Under the pieces are notes generated by a model that saw only the letters and a list, made by a program, of their open reading frames with translations, searched no databases and was not told the origin of the DNA. This document shows, piece after piece, positions 50,720-64,000 of a DNA stretch of 64,000 nucleotides. Numbering within the stretch: the first letter of the stretch is position 1; the number at the start of each line of letters is the position of its first letter. The position numbers were made by a program, and so were the translations under genes. The stretch lies in assembly GCA_051362555.1 (NCBI GenBank), contig CM120640.1, positions 48,400,788 through 48,464,787 on the forward strand, given 5' to 3'. The DNA is from Lingula anatina (lineage: Eukaryota; Animalia; Brachiopoda).

Positions 50720-51381
50720 GAATCTGGCAAATTTGGTTAAGACACTGTCTCAATTTGTTTGAATTACGAAAAATTTAACTCTCATTATGTGTTTAAGGTG
50801 TCACCTTTTACTTAAATTTCCCCCCCAAGTCTTGTTCTGCAATGCAATCAGTTTCAATATATTTTGTATTACCCGGTTTTATTTTGAAAGCCTGTGTTCA
50901 AAAGTTTTTACTAAGGTTTCAAAGAAGTTTTATCTTGATAAAATTCTTTGTCTTACTTTAACTTAAATTCATAAATGTTATTCTCTTTTATTTTGAGCAC
51001 TCTGTTGTGGCAAACCATTTGTGTTATAATTATTTAAAGGCACCTAAAACCTGCTTCAAATAATCTGAGACAGAAAATTGAGCGTTTATTTATAATTTCA
51101 CATAGCCATTTGCAACCCTGGTGCTTCTCGTTCTTCCAAGTTCTATAAGCGCAACTGATAACACTGTGCAAACATAATAAAGTTATGAAAAAAGGCACCA
51201 TTCAAATAAAAAATATCAACGTATTTATTTTGCTGCTAAAGGGCATCCAATGACCTGGAGCAAAAATAAATATTTACAGTGAACAATCTGCAAACAAAAT
51301 GCAGATGTTTAATTAAGTCATAATATAATTATCCCCAGCAGAAATCTGAAGACTACTCGACTTGGAGTCAAAATGCTTTTA

Positions 51382-54300
51382 TCATGCTGCTAAAGGATGT
51401 GCACTGTTATATTGTTGAATATCAACTTCCTTGTGAATTCTGCCAGTCTTTGGCTTTTTGCGGCCTTTGCATTTATCCTGATAGTTTTTAGCCTCCTTGT
51501 GAAGTCTTTCCACAAAATCTGGCAAGCCTAAAACATAAAACAGACTAGTAAGTAAAACTTTTGCAAAATAAAACCTGTAAAACTTTGCCACAAAACGTTG
51601 GTAGATGTTTGCCTCACTCTGCAATTTCAAAACATTACACTTGCATTACTAAGTACAGAATAATAATAATATTATACAACATGTGCTGCAATGATGGCAA
51701 TAGAGGACTCTCCCTACCTGAACGGGCTATCCATTTGTATGCAACTGAAGGAATTGGGGCTTGTGGGTCATCATGGTAAGTCATCAAATAATCTAATCCA
51801 TTCTGAAATTTGATGCAAATCACACTTCTTATAATATATTTAACATACTGACAAATTACCAAGAAAAACTTATTTATTTTTAGATTAATGTTGGACTTGC
51901 ATTTAAATGGTTTTCATTTTCAAATTGGTACTTTTATACATTTTGGAAAATCTTTTTTGGTTTCAAAACTTATTATCTAGCACAAATGAAAGTTAGTGCT
52001 TTCCTGTCTGTATCTGCAATAACACGCTTTTCAAAATTAAAATCCTGGTAAAAAATTTTAACCTACTTGATCAAACTCTGTGTGGGGCTTGATGACCATA
52101 ACAGAACTGTATGGTTTGACCCTGATATAGTCCTTAGTCTCTGGACATTTCTCATGGTCAGTGGATCTGGACACCAGTACTATCACTTTCTCCTCTTCAA
52201 AGACCTGTGACAAAATATAAGCAGGGTATATGATTATTTATCACTATTATCTTACTTCACATACTGATAAATGAGAACATGCTATTAACACCAGTATTCT
52301 ACATTTAAAAATCTAATATTCAGTTATTGAAAAAAAAAAGGTTATCACACTTAGAGGCTCATAATGACAAGAATAAGTAAAGCATTTTGTTCCCCAAGGA
52401 CGTTTTCAAAAAAAAAATCCTTTCTAGTGTTTTTTAATGAATTTATATGGTGAAGTTGATTTTGCACTGTTGAAAATACTATCAAAATCTGTTTTCATTT
52501 AGTATTTTTCTCCAGTATTTTTTCTCCAATACCTTTCATGGCAATGTTAAATTGACAGTTCATGAGATCATTATGTTTAAGGTATGCTGCATGTGTTTAT
52601 AAAATTTTAAGTCTACATATCTTTCAGAGCTACTTATCTTTCCCAATTCAGACAACATAACTATGGACATATGTTTTCATACAGTACATATTTTGCTCCA
52701 GTATTTTCTCCTATGCCTTTTAGTATTGTGAGCCATTTGATCATTCTAAGTTAATTACCTTAAATCTACGTCTATACACATATTCCCTTGCATACATTGG
52801 GTACTAGAAAAGAAAAAAATACAAACTCATTACAGCATTCTACAAGAGCCAGCATATATGTGACAAGTTTTTAATACAGACATATTTAAGGTGTTTCAAT
52901 TGGAACCAAACATAAAAAATTCGCATAAAAGTCTAAATTTTGCACCCACCGGATATCGAGTGACCCAATGCACAATTTCATTATTAGACTCTTTATCTTC
53001 TTCCACCTTTTCTAGATTTATCACCATTTTGTCCCATGTCTTTCGAAACTCCAGATCAATCTAAAAATAATAATAATGAATTCACAATTGCTTTCTTGAC
53101 AGTTTCTTAGGCAAGAAACCAAAATGTTTGGTCTCTATGCTTTTGCATAAAGTTTAAAAAATAATTAAGAATTTTTTATTTTTAATATTTTCCAACTAAC
53201 TATAATATCCCACTAACCTGAACATCAAGGAAAGCAGTAGCAGGAATATCATAGAATCTACCAAATACTGAAAAACAAAACAAAAAAAAAATTGAATAAC
53301 ATTCTATGCCCACTATAAAAATATGCCAGCTAAAAGAAAAAAATAGTGAAAAGCTTGACCTGAGTGATCTAGAAAAATATAATTTGGATAAAGCACCAAA
53401 ACTATACAATTAATTCTCTCAATCTAAACGTAATTCATGTTATTTCAAGAGCCTTTTTTGAAAATGATTTTTAAGAATAACTTTCAAATGTCACTGATCA
53501 AAGTTTATCCAGTCATAAAAATATCAACAAAAGTAATTCATCTGTTATGTTAGAAAACAGTAACATGAAATTCTAAAAAAAAAACATGCACACCTTTGTA
53601 TTCATACAAATGGCTATCAGCCATTTGTTTTCTCCATATTTTGAATGTATCTTTGTCAATAACACACTCCCAATCATCCATGTAATGCGAGTCATTCCCA
53701 TTTCCATTGCCTGTGTTATTTGTCTCTGAAATTTTATCTTTGGAAGAGCTTTTCTGTTTCCTGGTGTATTCATTCAGATTTTCAATGTGGTGCATATCTG
53801 CAACACAGCTAGAAAGAAAATAATAAAGTTACAGTTCCAGCTGAATAATATTAAATTTAAAAACAGTGTTAAGCAACAGTATGCCACCTCCCATATATTT
53901 GCAAACACAACAAAACAACCAAAAACTAAAAAAAAAAGAAAAGAAAAAGAAGCAAACATATGCTAAATTGACAGCTCATGTTAAGGTACGCTGAGCAGGT
54001 TTTAAATTTTTTAAGTCTAGATATAAATCCTTCAAAGCTACTTGTCTTTCCAAATTCAGGCTTTATAAAATCCCTCAAATAAAAGTACCTGATAGGAAGA
54101 CGGTATTTTTCAATGATTAGACAGCATTTAAGAACTAAAGTATTAAATTCAAAATGGAATAAAACATCAAACCCAAGTGCAATAAGCGGTCAAGAAATTT
54201 GTGACAGGTGGGGAGAGGATTCATTTTCCCCCCAAGGTAAATTAGTTTTGATTAACCTTGGCCAGGGAACCCCATATAGAGTACCTTTAACAAAACAAGT

Positions 54301-54826
54301 AATAGGCATTCCTTAGAAGTTAACTGTTACACAATTTTGAATGTTGTATAACCTCCCTGAACTGACAACAAATACTTAATTTTCATACTCTGTAGTTGAA
54401 ATAGCCCTTATATTTGAACTGAACAATAGTATGGGTGGTGACTGAGTAAACTCACTTTAGTAGTTCATCGTCTGAAATATTCTGTTTTGCTGCAAATCCT
54501 GCTCCACTCATGAGTATCCCTCGCCGCCCCCTCTTCTTCAAATTCCGTACAAAGTTTTTCATCACTTCTTTAGCTAGTTTTTCATCATATAATCGATTAT
54601 ATGATGTCAATATCTGACAACCTCTTTTAGCCCGGTGTATGACAACAGCATTACATTGCTTTACAAATATTCCTCCTATGACTTCTAACTCCTGGCTGCA
54701 TCTGTTTACCAGTGACCTACAAGCCCCCAGAAACGTGCTCGTCTTTGACCGTTCATTTTGGGCAAATTTCCTGGAACATTTTCCAATATCAATGACGATT
54801 TCAGGCCGAAGTATATTCCTAAACAT
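51382..54826 (-). CDS. STARD7: StAR-related lipid transfer protein 7 (mitochondrial phosphatidylcholine transfer, START domain), 8 exons
   Basis: Exons 54826-54456, 53808-53594, 53267-53218, 53060-52950, 52803-52759, 52204-52067, 51802-51718, 51527-51382. Basic N-terminus resembling a presequence. START motifs: LYEYKVFGRFYDI, QIDLEFRKTWD, HWVTRYPYPMYAREYV, MVIKPH.EFD.NGLDYLMTY.DDPQ, GLPDFVERLH. Confidence 0.92.
52547..52653. repeat. Dispersed repeat of about 100 bp, shared with 53963-54060 (STARD7 introns 5 and 1)
   Basis: TAAATTGACAG.TCATG...TTAAGGTA.GCTG...TTTTAAGTCTA.ATAT..TTCA.AGCTACTT.TCTTTCC.AATTCAG in both places. Confidence 0.8.
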
Positions 54827-55300
54827 TATGGATATCCTAAAGAACGAATTCTAGACAATTAAACTAAAATAAATCGTAGAGATCAATCAGTGGCACCTAC
54901 AGCCATGTGCCATGTTGCCTAATGCCGTACTGTGACCTTCATCACCTTCCAACGTGACGTAATAGATGAAAAATTCAAGACAGGCCGTTAATCTGTTTTC
55001 GGTGTTACACTTTTTAAGTCCAAAATGATAAATGAGCAGTGTAATTGTTGTAATTATCTTTTATATAAACGCAAGATATAAATATGCATGTATTTTTACC
55101 TGTCTATCATTGTTCATATCCGGTTAGTATTTCATCCTCAGATGGTCTCGAAAAGTCTCGTTAACAAGTCCGAGATTAAACTTGTGTACTTAGCAACAAT
55201 ATTCATAGTCTGAGTGAAGAAGTGAATGTTATCGAATAATTTTTACCTTTCATATTATGTTTTTATTTAGTTTTTAAGGTTGGAAGAACCCTTATTACCC
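54827..55300. promoter_or_regulatory. Bidirectional promoter region shared by STARD7 and CFAP43, with an RFX X-box-like site
   Basis: The divergent ATGs are 474 bp apart and CpG is locally elevated. GTGTACTTAGCAAC (55184-55197) resembles an X-box, and TGACGTAA at about 54955 is CRE-like. Confidence 0.65.
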
Positions 55301-58300
55301 ATGGAGTCAATAGGTTCTCTCGTGCTTTCGTAAGTATAATAAAATGTTTGTGGTTTGAAATCATTTCACATTTCCAGCGAAGCCGTAGGTTGTAGGGTCT
55401 AGCATTAAATTTTTACATTTCCATTATGGTTGAATTCTGTTTAACCTGATATAACCTTTAACAGTACTCTTGTAATCAGATACATGCTTAAGATTATTAT
55501 ACGACTGCGGTATTTAATAATGCACTATCTTATAAATCATCACAATACATAACTACAATTGTTTGCCTTGTTTGCATACCAGTGTGAGCCAGCAAAAGTG
55601 AAGGCCACTCTTATTGATCAAATAATATTTCGTTCATGATTTTCTCTGATTATTTTTTAATTTAATTATTATTTTAAAAAAAGAGAAATATTGATTCACT
55701 TGACACACATACCAGTACTATATATTTTATGATTATATATGTAATGAAACTACATGTACTGTAGATCTAACTCAAAACATGTATACTAGTACCATGTACA
55801 TATACATGCTGTTACATATTACTACATTTTTCCTGAACTATTTTTACAATAACATTTTCTACTATCTAAAATATTTGAAGGAGGTTACTAGATTGCATGT
55901 TTTTCCAAGAAAAGGAAAAAGTAATTGTGAACTCAAGTTTGTTATAATAGATTTAGACATTGTTATTGTATCAGCATATTATACTTTTCTGCTCTGCAGT
56001 TGGCCTAACTTTCATTTTTCTCATTTTTATTTTGTAGGTGGGCTAAAGGCTATGATGGCAACAACACTCATTTCATAGACAAGAGCACCATTTGCTTTGC
56101 CTGTGGCCATAATGTAACTTTTGTGAAAGAAAATGGAGAGGAGATGGTGTTCCCCAGTCCAGGAGAAGGTGTGGGTACCCTGGCTGTTCACAGTGTCAAC
56201 AAAGTGTTTGCTTTCTCTGATCTGTCACTGCCACCAAAGGTTTTTGTGTACAGTTTTCCAGGTTTGGAACAGAAAGCTGTTTTACAAGGTAATTAAGAAA
56301 CTTTAAAGTGAATCTTACGAATAGGTTTGTTGAAGTTTTTGGTTTTAAAATGTGAATTGTAAATGTCCTTCCTTTATTTTATGACCTATACTGGAGTTAT
56401 ATATAATGTGACTAAAAAAGGGTGTGACTGTTTTGGAATATCTTATGGTAAATTTGCAGCTGAAGATATTTTGATTTTGCAGTGCAATGATTCTGTTATT
56501 TCTGTGATATCTTCTTTGAAACAACTATAAAAAATCTATATATTAAATATGGATAGTGAAGTTATGATTTTGCTTTCAGGTGGTGCCCAGTTGGAATATT
56601 CAGCCATTGCTTTCTCAGCTAGTGATTACCTAGCTACTGTCTCTGGTTTACCTGAATTTGAACTTGCAGTATGGTAAAAAAAATTAATGGATATCATTTT
56701 CTTGTTGTATTGGATAAGATATATATGTAAATGATTAAATTTCTCAGTTTTGTTTACCTTAACAAGATTTTATTTTCTACAAGATGAAGCCCCTGCATAT
56801 AAAAAATGTCATATACCCTTAAAGCCTATAAACTATATCATTACACTGCTTTAAAACATTTGAATGAGAACATAGAGACAAGTTTATCAGTATAATATTC
56901 TTATAATTACAGGGATTACATTAAGGGAAACAAGCTGTGCACTGTAAGTTTACCACATATCACCCCTACTGGTGTGTCTATCAACCCAGCCAAGTGGAGA
57001 CAGATATGTGTCACCACAGACAATGCTCTTACACTTTACCACGTTGAACAAAGTGATGAGCATTATTTGATGAAGCCAAGGTAAATTTTTCATATTTATT
57101 TCTTCTCCTTGTTCCTTTTGTCATCGGCAGTGCTTACCATGTCTATTCGGCTTATAAGCATAATGACCAGTCTCAGAGCAACAACATCTATCAGTGTTTG
57201 ACAGTCCTGTTTTTTTTAAATAACTTTAACATTGCAAAAAGGTCTTTTGCATATTGCATAATGGTAAAAAAGTAATGAATGACATGTATATTCACTAAAT
57301 ATGCATCTTTCAGACATACAGTTACCATACACTTACAAAACAACTTTTTTAGTAAAACTAATTTGCCAGTAGAAGATTCAATGGCAACAATAGAGGAAGA
57401 AGGCCGCATGCCTACTAGAGCATCCACACGTTTGACCAAAATGACTGTGGAACTGCCTAAGGCTGCTGTAGCTGGATTGGTGGGAGAAATGGCTGAGAGA
57501 TGGGATGATTTACAGGATCATAGGCCAAGGGTGGTCCCCAAAAGTCACTGTTGGACACCAGTTGGGGATTTATATGTTGGATGTGAAGGTGGACAACTTC
57601 TGAAGGTTAGTGCCACTGGAACTGTTTTATAAAAGAAAAATATTGTAATTTTTTAGTTTTTTTATTGCAAAAAGCTTCTTTAAACTTGCAGGTCTGAAAG
57701 TCAGTTTAAAAACAGTTTTGAAATGAACCTACTAAACTGAGATTTTCAACTGGTTGCATCTGTTTTTTTATTACAATGTTTGTTAATTGTTTCATATTTG
57801 TATTGCAGGTTGATGGAGAAACCCATGTAGCCAAAGTCATGTATACTCCTGGACCAAAAGCTGCAGCCCCTCCATCTCGAGAACCAAGCCAGTCTTCATT
57901 GAAGCTGACCAAAAAAGTTTCCATGGCAGATATGGATTGTATGTTGACCTACCTATGGTTGCCTGAATACCTAACATTTACTATACTGAGTCTGCCTATA
58001 TTAAGACAAAAAATGCTACACATTTGCATATGCACCTCTCTAAAGAATCAAGCCTCATTACTTTTCAATTAAATATTAAAAATTAACATATTTTAGATTT
58101 ATAGAATGTATGTTTTATTGTATTTTATTTTAAGTTACTTTTTTATAAAAACCTATTGAAACTGACTATAATTATGATTTAATTGCTGTTATCTTTCAGT
58201 GAATAGTGCCATGATGAACATTGTCCCAGAAGGAGCATTCAGGACCATGGCTCTGCACAAGACTGGGCTGTTTGCTGGAGGATTAGTAGGTTTCTTTTTT

Positions 58301-61300
58301 TTCTTCTTCTTCTTTTATAATTATTATTTTATATATATTTATATATTATTTATTTATTTTATTTTATTTTTTTATTTTTATTACTTTTTTTTGAGGACAT
58401 ATCATTTATCTCAGAAGTATTTGCTTGCAATTTTTTTATATCATCATAACTGCAGAAATTTATCAATATGTAAAAAGTCTTGATTGTATTTTGAAATTTA
58501 AAGAACTAGGAATGGAGAAAGATATCCAGTACATATTAACTTTAGGTGACCTTTACTCTTTCATGGATCTAGAGGGGTGATTATTTTAGGCATTATTTTA
58601 CTTTGTTGAAAGGAAGCTTTACCTCAAATACTACCAATTAATATCATACCCCAAATGACTTACTGGAGGTGAAAATAAGCCGTTAAAACACTTGTTTTAT
58701 TTATTTTTTAATATCTTGCAGGATGGTACACTGAGAAAACTTGAGGTTAAAGGAGATAATGTAAAAGTGGTGGAAACCACACCTGTTGGTCTGCCTATAT
58801 CCTCTATGAGCTTCTCATCAACCTTTAACAAGTTGGCTTTGGGTAGTTCAAGGGTGAGCAATAAATATATTTATGTTGTCATAAATAATGAATACAAATA
58901 GATTTTAATGTTTTGCATGTAGATTCTTCAGTATTTAGCTTTTGTAAAATGTGTTAATTTGAATAATTCAGCATTATGAAATAACATTAAGTATTCAAGT
59001 AAGCAAAGGGATAACATTTTTGATGAACAAGTATCGGTATAATGTGCTCAGTCATTTCGCACAATTGATTTTTGCAGGGAGCTCTCCATGTGTATGACTT
59101 GGAAAATCCAGGCAGTACCAAAGAGATCTTTGATATTCACCATGGAAACTTTGTAGCAGTTGACAGCCTGGCTGGATGTGACCACTGTGTGGTAATGAGA
59201 AATTACCATTTTATTTATTTAATTATTTTTTTTTTATATGAATTATTTGAAAACACTGAAATCAGAATTTATATCTTTTTAATGTGGTTGAATTTTGCAG
59301 CTACAGCAGCATTTGTTTGGAAAAGGAAAAAAACTGAAACAATTAAAACAGCATTTATGTTACGTAAATTTTTTTTTTCAAAAAGCATATAAATTAGCAT
59401 AATTTTGAGCATCCAACATTATGTCATACATAAATAAACCAATACTCTGATAAAGCCTATTATCATTTATTAGCATTATAAGTTTTGATTTGATAATTGT
59501 TATTTCGTGTATGTTATGTGCTTTCTATAACGTGGAAGCCAAATTATCGTTGCAAATGGATAAGACTATTATAAAACCATTTTCCAGTCTGTGCGTGAAG
59601 ATGGTGAATTACAAGTGTGGCGTGTTGATACTTCCCAGATGGAAGGTTTTATTCCCATTGGACAAATGGTATGTGCTAATCATTTTCAGTTCATTTCAGT
59701 GCTATGCAGTACATTAAGACATAGCAAATAACCAAATAACCTTTTTGATTGAATTTTTAAAGTAGAAAAATAATAAAATGTAGTTTTTATTTGGAAGACA
59801 TCATTAAGAAGTCACTGCTTATGTTTGTCACCTGTTCCTATCATCAGAAAAATTCCTTATTGTATATTTCATATCAGGCTACCAGTTTAGCTTGCAGTCC
59901 ATTGCTCCACATGGCAGTGGTTGGAACAGAGCTGGGATACCTATTCTTCATAGACCTTAATGATACAAAGAACCCAAGGCCTGTTTACCAATATAGAATA
60001 CATACAGGACCAGTCAACCACATTGTGTAAGTGAAAATTCATATTGATATTTGTTTTGTAAATATTTGTTTATATGGTTTGATTAAAGGCTGTATTGCTT
60101 TTTAATAACATTTATCAGTAATCACAACAATTGGCATCAAGCTGAATTACAACAGTTACTGTTTCTATAAGACTGAATTGTTTTCTTCTTATGTGCATCA
60201 CCATGCTTTTTGCCTCTTTCTTTATGATTGTATATTTTACTGAAGACATGATAATACATCTTTAACATGTATGATATATTTTTTGGCTCTTTTAATATTT
60301 TATTTGTATTTCTGTTTATTTCAGCTTTGATAAAAATGGTCGGTTCATCTTCACAGCATCAGATGATGGGAATGTGTTTGTCATTGATAGCAGAGCTTCC
60401 AAGAATTTTGAGGTTGTGGGGCACACTGGTAAGCTGTTTTATTACCGCTACAACAAATGTATCCTTTGTGCTTATTTTTCACCATTAATTTATTTTTGCA
60501 CTGTTATGACAATTATAACATGCTGTTCTCTTTTTATCTATTGAATCAAATTATTTTTTACTTTTTTTGTGTGTGTGTTACTTGTGTTAGCAAACCTGCC
60601 ACATACTTACTATGCATTCTTGGTCTTTAGGCTACATTGGTAAATCAAAGAAACTTGATTTGTTTCAGAAAAATTTAAATCCCACATAAAATTATTTAAT
60701 TAATACTGTAAGATAAACATATTACAATTAAGAGAGGAAGAAGTACAGCTCTGTACATAGTTTACAAAAGTCTTTTTTAATGTTTTATGCAGCTGTGGCA
60801 GGAGATGTACAGAGTATATCCATGTTCAGTTCTGAGGGTTCTAGAGACATCAAGGTGGTCGTCACTTCCAACAACACTGGACACAAGAGACTGGGAGCTA
60901 CTATTGCAGTTGTATTTGACATCACTGACAAGTTGACCAGAGGTAAGTGTGGTTTCAAATTCTGCTCATCTCTGCTTTGTTAAAAATGGGAGACATGGAA
61001 TGAATATACTAAACAAAAGAAAGGAAAAAAACCATTGTGTCTCCTATACATTGTCACTCTTGATAGAAATAGCAATTTTATCAACGATTAAATAGATCTT
61101 GCAGTTTTAAAATATATATACATGTATTAGACATTTAGATGGATAATGAGAAAGACCACTGGTTAAAAGTATCACTTATTATCTATAGAGTATCTCCACA
61201 AACATGACATGACATTGATTTTGGGTAATAATTTTTTTTCAGACTTTAAATTAGCGCATGCCAGTCTGAAGAAGAACTTTAGAGATGATGCCATCAACAA

Positions 61301-63979
61301 GATGGTGTTGACTTTGACAGTGCCCTCCTATGGTGCAGCCATAACTAATGGTGGGGTCATGTATACTATCTCACAGACCAACAAGATGATACACAAGATG
61401 ATCCTGCCTGAAGAACGTCCACCGGTATGTAGCTTGGATGACACAATAAATTTCCTCAGTGAAGGTTTTGACTAATTTATTTTATGTACTGTGTTATTAA
61501 GAATGCATATATACCATGGTGTTTTTTTATGATAAATGTGTTTTCTAAGGCTTTGATTTTTTTTCTGTCAGAACTAACTTCAGATATTTTCATATGTCAT
61601 CTTTTGTAAGAATCAACATTTTTTTTTTGGTGGATGTTGATTATTAAACTATAGAATTATGAAGACTTCATATTATTGTAATAACAGAGAGATGAGGCTG
61701 TCTTGAGTCATGTCGGGGAATATCCAGGCCACCAGTTGCCAGGAGGAAGGCTCATTATGTCACCACACAACAAATGGGTGGCATCTTATGGCCCTGATGG
61801 AAAAATTTACATAAGAACAGTCGGAGATATGGTAAGTGCAACTGCAAGCATTCTTGTTGAATTAACAGTGTTTATTGCTTACATGTCTCATTTGCTCCTT
61901 TCTTATAAAATGAATTATTGTGGTCAAGCATATCCAACATTTCAAATTTTTATCCTTTTAAACTTATGCAGCATCATTTTAGGTAAAACATTTATGAATT
62001 ATTATTCTGATTAATTATAATGTTTGTTTTTTTTTTTATCTTCTGTAGATTCAAAGAAAAATGATGTCCATCATCTGTGAATCCTGGAGCATTTATGGCA
62101 ATACTTTGCAACATCATGGTTTTCACTGTAAACATTTGGTTTTCTTTTATATATGTATATGTGCTTTTTGATTTCAGGACCACCCTCTGCAGCTGTCCCC
62201 CCATGACTACCGGCATGGTGGAGTGAGGCACATGACTTTCTCTGGAGACAGTCAGATGTTGTATACTGTGGGATACGATGGAATTATGGCTTGTTATAAG
62301 TGGAGGTAAGGGAGATAGAATGTTGGCATTTTGATAAGTGTAAAAAGGTCAGGCGAAGTGTGCTTGGAAGTCTGTGATACAAAAATTTGCAATGGTTTGA
62401 AATTAATATGTTAGCTTTTCAGAATATAAGCAATTAAGAATGAAGCAATTTACAATGATAATTTGTATTCAGCAATTCCATTAATCTATTAAGCAAATTT
62501 GAAACTGCATCAAGAGTCCAGACACTTTCATGTCTACCAACATTTGGTGCTTATGTTGTAAATATCATCAGGTATGTGAAAACCCCAACTGCTCAACTAC
62601 TCTCCTTTCTGTCAACTGCATTGCTTATGTATAATGATAAAATTTCTTTTAGGCTAACCCAAAGTGGTCAGGCCAAAGCAAAATCAGCCATTGAATCAGC
62701 CAGGGCTATCAGAACCAATAATATGCAGACCCAGCAGACTGAGGATGCTATGCTGCAGAGTATGAAGGAGTGGTCACCATCCAGTGAGTCAAGGCCTGTC
62801 ACCACTGCTCCTAAGGAGGAAACAGTAAGTAACAAACCATTTTCAGTACAAATAGCACATAGATATTTGCCTTTAGAAATTGAGCATGAACTACTAAAAA
62901 GGCTTTCTGTTTGAATTGTTTTATAGTTTGTCTGGTAAATTTGTGTGTTATACATGTATGTCTCTATTATTTTGTTTTTCTTACTATGTGACTTTTTTGT
63001 AGTTACTTGCTTCTGTTTTGTTTTGTTTATTCATTTTTTCTCCTAAACTGGATTTTTTATTTACCGCAAGTCATTGAGAATAATTTGACTAAATTAATCA
63101 CCAGTTTACCAGATTTAGCTTTTTTTTTTTGACAATTTCTGAGGTAGGATGGGCATCTGATTGTAATACCTGCTATAATTGATCTTCAGGAACAACTGGA
63201 AAAGGAGCAGTCAACTGAGGAAGTCTATACCACCCCTACCCCAGTTCCAGGTCATGATAGCACCTGGTTACAGGCACAAGAGCTTATGGTAAGCTGTTAG
63301 GCATCTTTTAGAATGTAGTTATATATATAGCAGGGAATATAGTTATACATAGCAGGGAAATCTGAGTAAAGCAAGCCAAAAATAAGAAAGAGGATTTTGT
63401 TGATTTGATTTAGTATGAGAGATCATAATACAAGGTATTAGTGTCATGGATATCTTAATTTTAATTTTCTTATTTTTATATATGAAAGTAAAAGTAGAAA
63501 AAAATACATCTTGTTCATATCAGAATATTGTTCATCATCTGATTAATATATCACTTCAAGTTTAACATTTTTGGCTTATATATTTCTGCCTTATGAAGAC
63601 TTTTTATATTTTATTTATAGTCAATCAAAGAGGAAGACAAGGAATATGCAGAGGTCAAAAAGCAACTGAGGCTGGAAATCAAAGACATGAGAAAAACAGT
63701 GAGTTTATTATACAGTATCATTGTGAAAATGGATTATCCTTAGACATAATACTGTTATATTGCTAGGAGATCAGCATGAACTACTAATTTTTTAAAAGGT
63801 TACCAAAATTTTTGGTAATAAACATTAATTATTACCTTTTTTCATAAATCTAGATTCAAAAGATGATGCAAGAGAATGAGGGTCTTCCAGATACTGAGAA
63901 ACTTGGTAGACATGAGTTTGATCTTGATATTGATGAGCAGATCCATCTGCAACAGGAGGCAGATAATGAAGTAGCAAGG
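55301..63979 (+). CDS. CFAP43: Cilia- and flagella-associated protein 43 (WD40 repeats followed by coiled coil), 5' part; continues beyond the window
   Basis: Exons 55301-55329, 56038-56288, 56580-56673, 56913-57080, 57353(or 57314)-57605, 57809-57938, 58200-58285, 58722-58853, 59078-59191, 59588-59668, 59878-60026, 60325-60428, 60793-60942, 61243-61424, 61688-61831, 62178-62305, 62653-62824, 63190-63288, 63621-63698, 63854-63979. Motifs: SWAKGY, YLATVSGLPEFELAVW, HCWTPVGDLYVGCEGG, GHQL..SPHNKWVAS, ENEGLPDTEKLGRHEFDLD. Confidence 0.9.
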
Positions 63980-64000
63980 GTAAGCAGTTACATTGACTGT

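Overview
AT-rich, intron-rich animal genomic DNA, not prokaryotic. By inference it is a lophotrochozoan, probably a mollusc, judging from the two-Ig zig-8/Dpr-like gene and the MITE/SINE types. Five spliced genes were assembled by hand from GT-AG junctions with consistent phases: (1) a two-Ig-domain zig-8/Dpr/DIP-like cell-surface protein (+, 10920-32252, first exon not found) with three frame-preserving micro-exons; (2) MPHOSPH10/Mpp10 (+, 39196-45677); (3) a 385-aa TICAM/TRIF-like TIR protein with a coiled-coil and a RHIM-like motif (-, 48550-46611); (4) STARD7 (-, 54826-51382); (5) the 5' part of CFAP43 (+, from 55301, running off the window), head-to-head with STARD7. Several non-autonomous DNA transposons or MITEs with visible TIRs and TSDs are present. 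The main leads are the TIR+RHIM adaptor with tandem kappaB-like sites and a transposon upstream, the micro-exon/TGCATG cluster in the Ig gene, and a minus-strand recursive-splice-type site that hints at an unannotated long antisense transcript. Coordinates were counted by eye and no database search was run.
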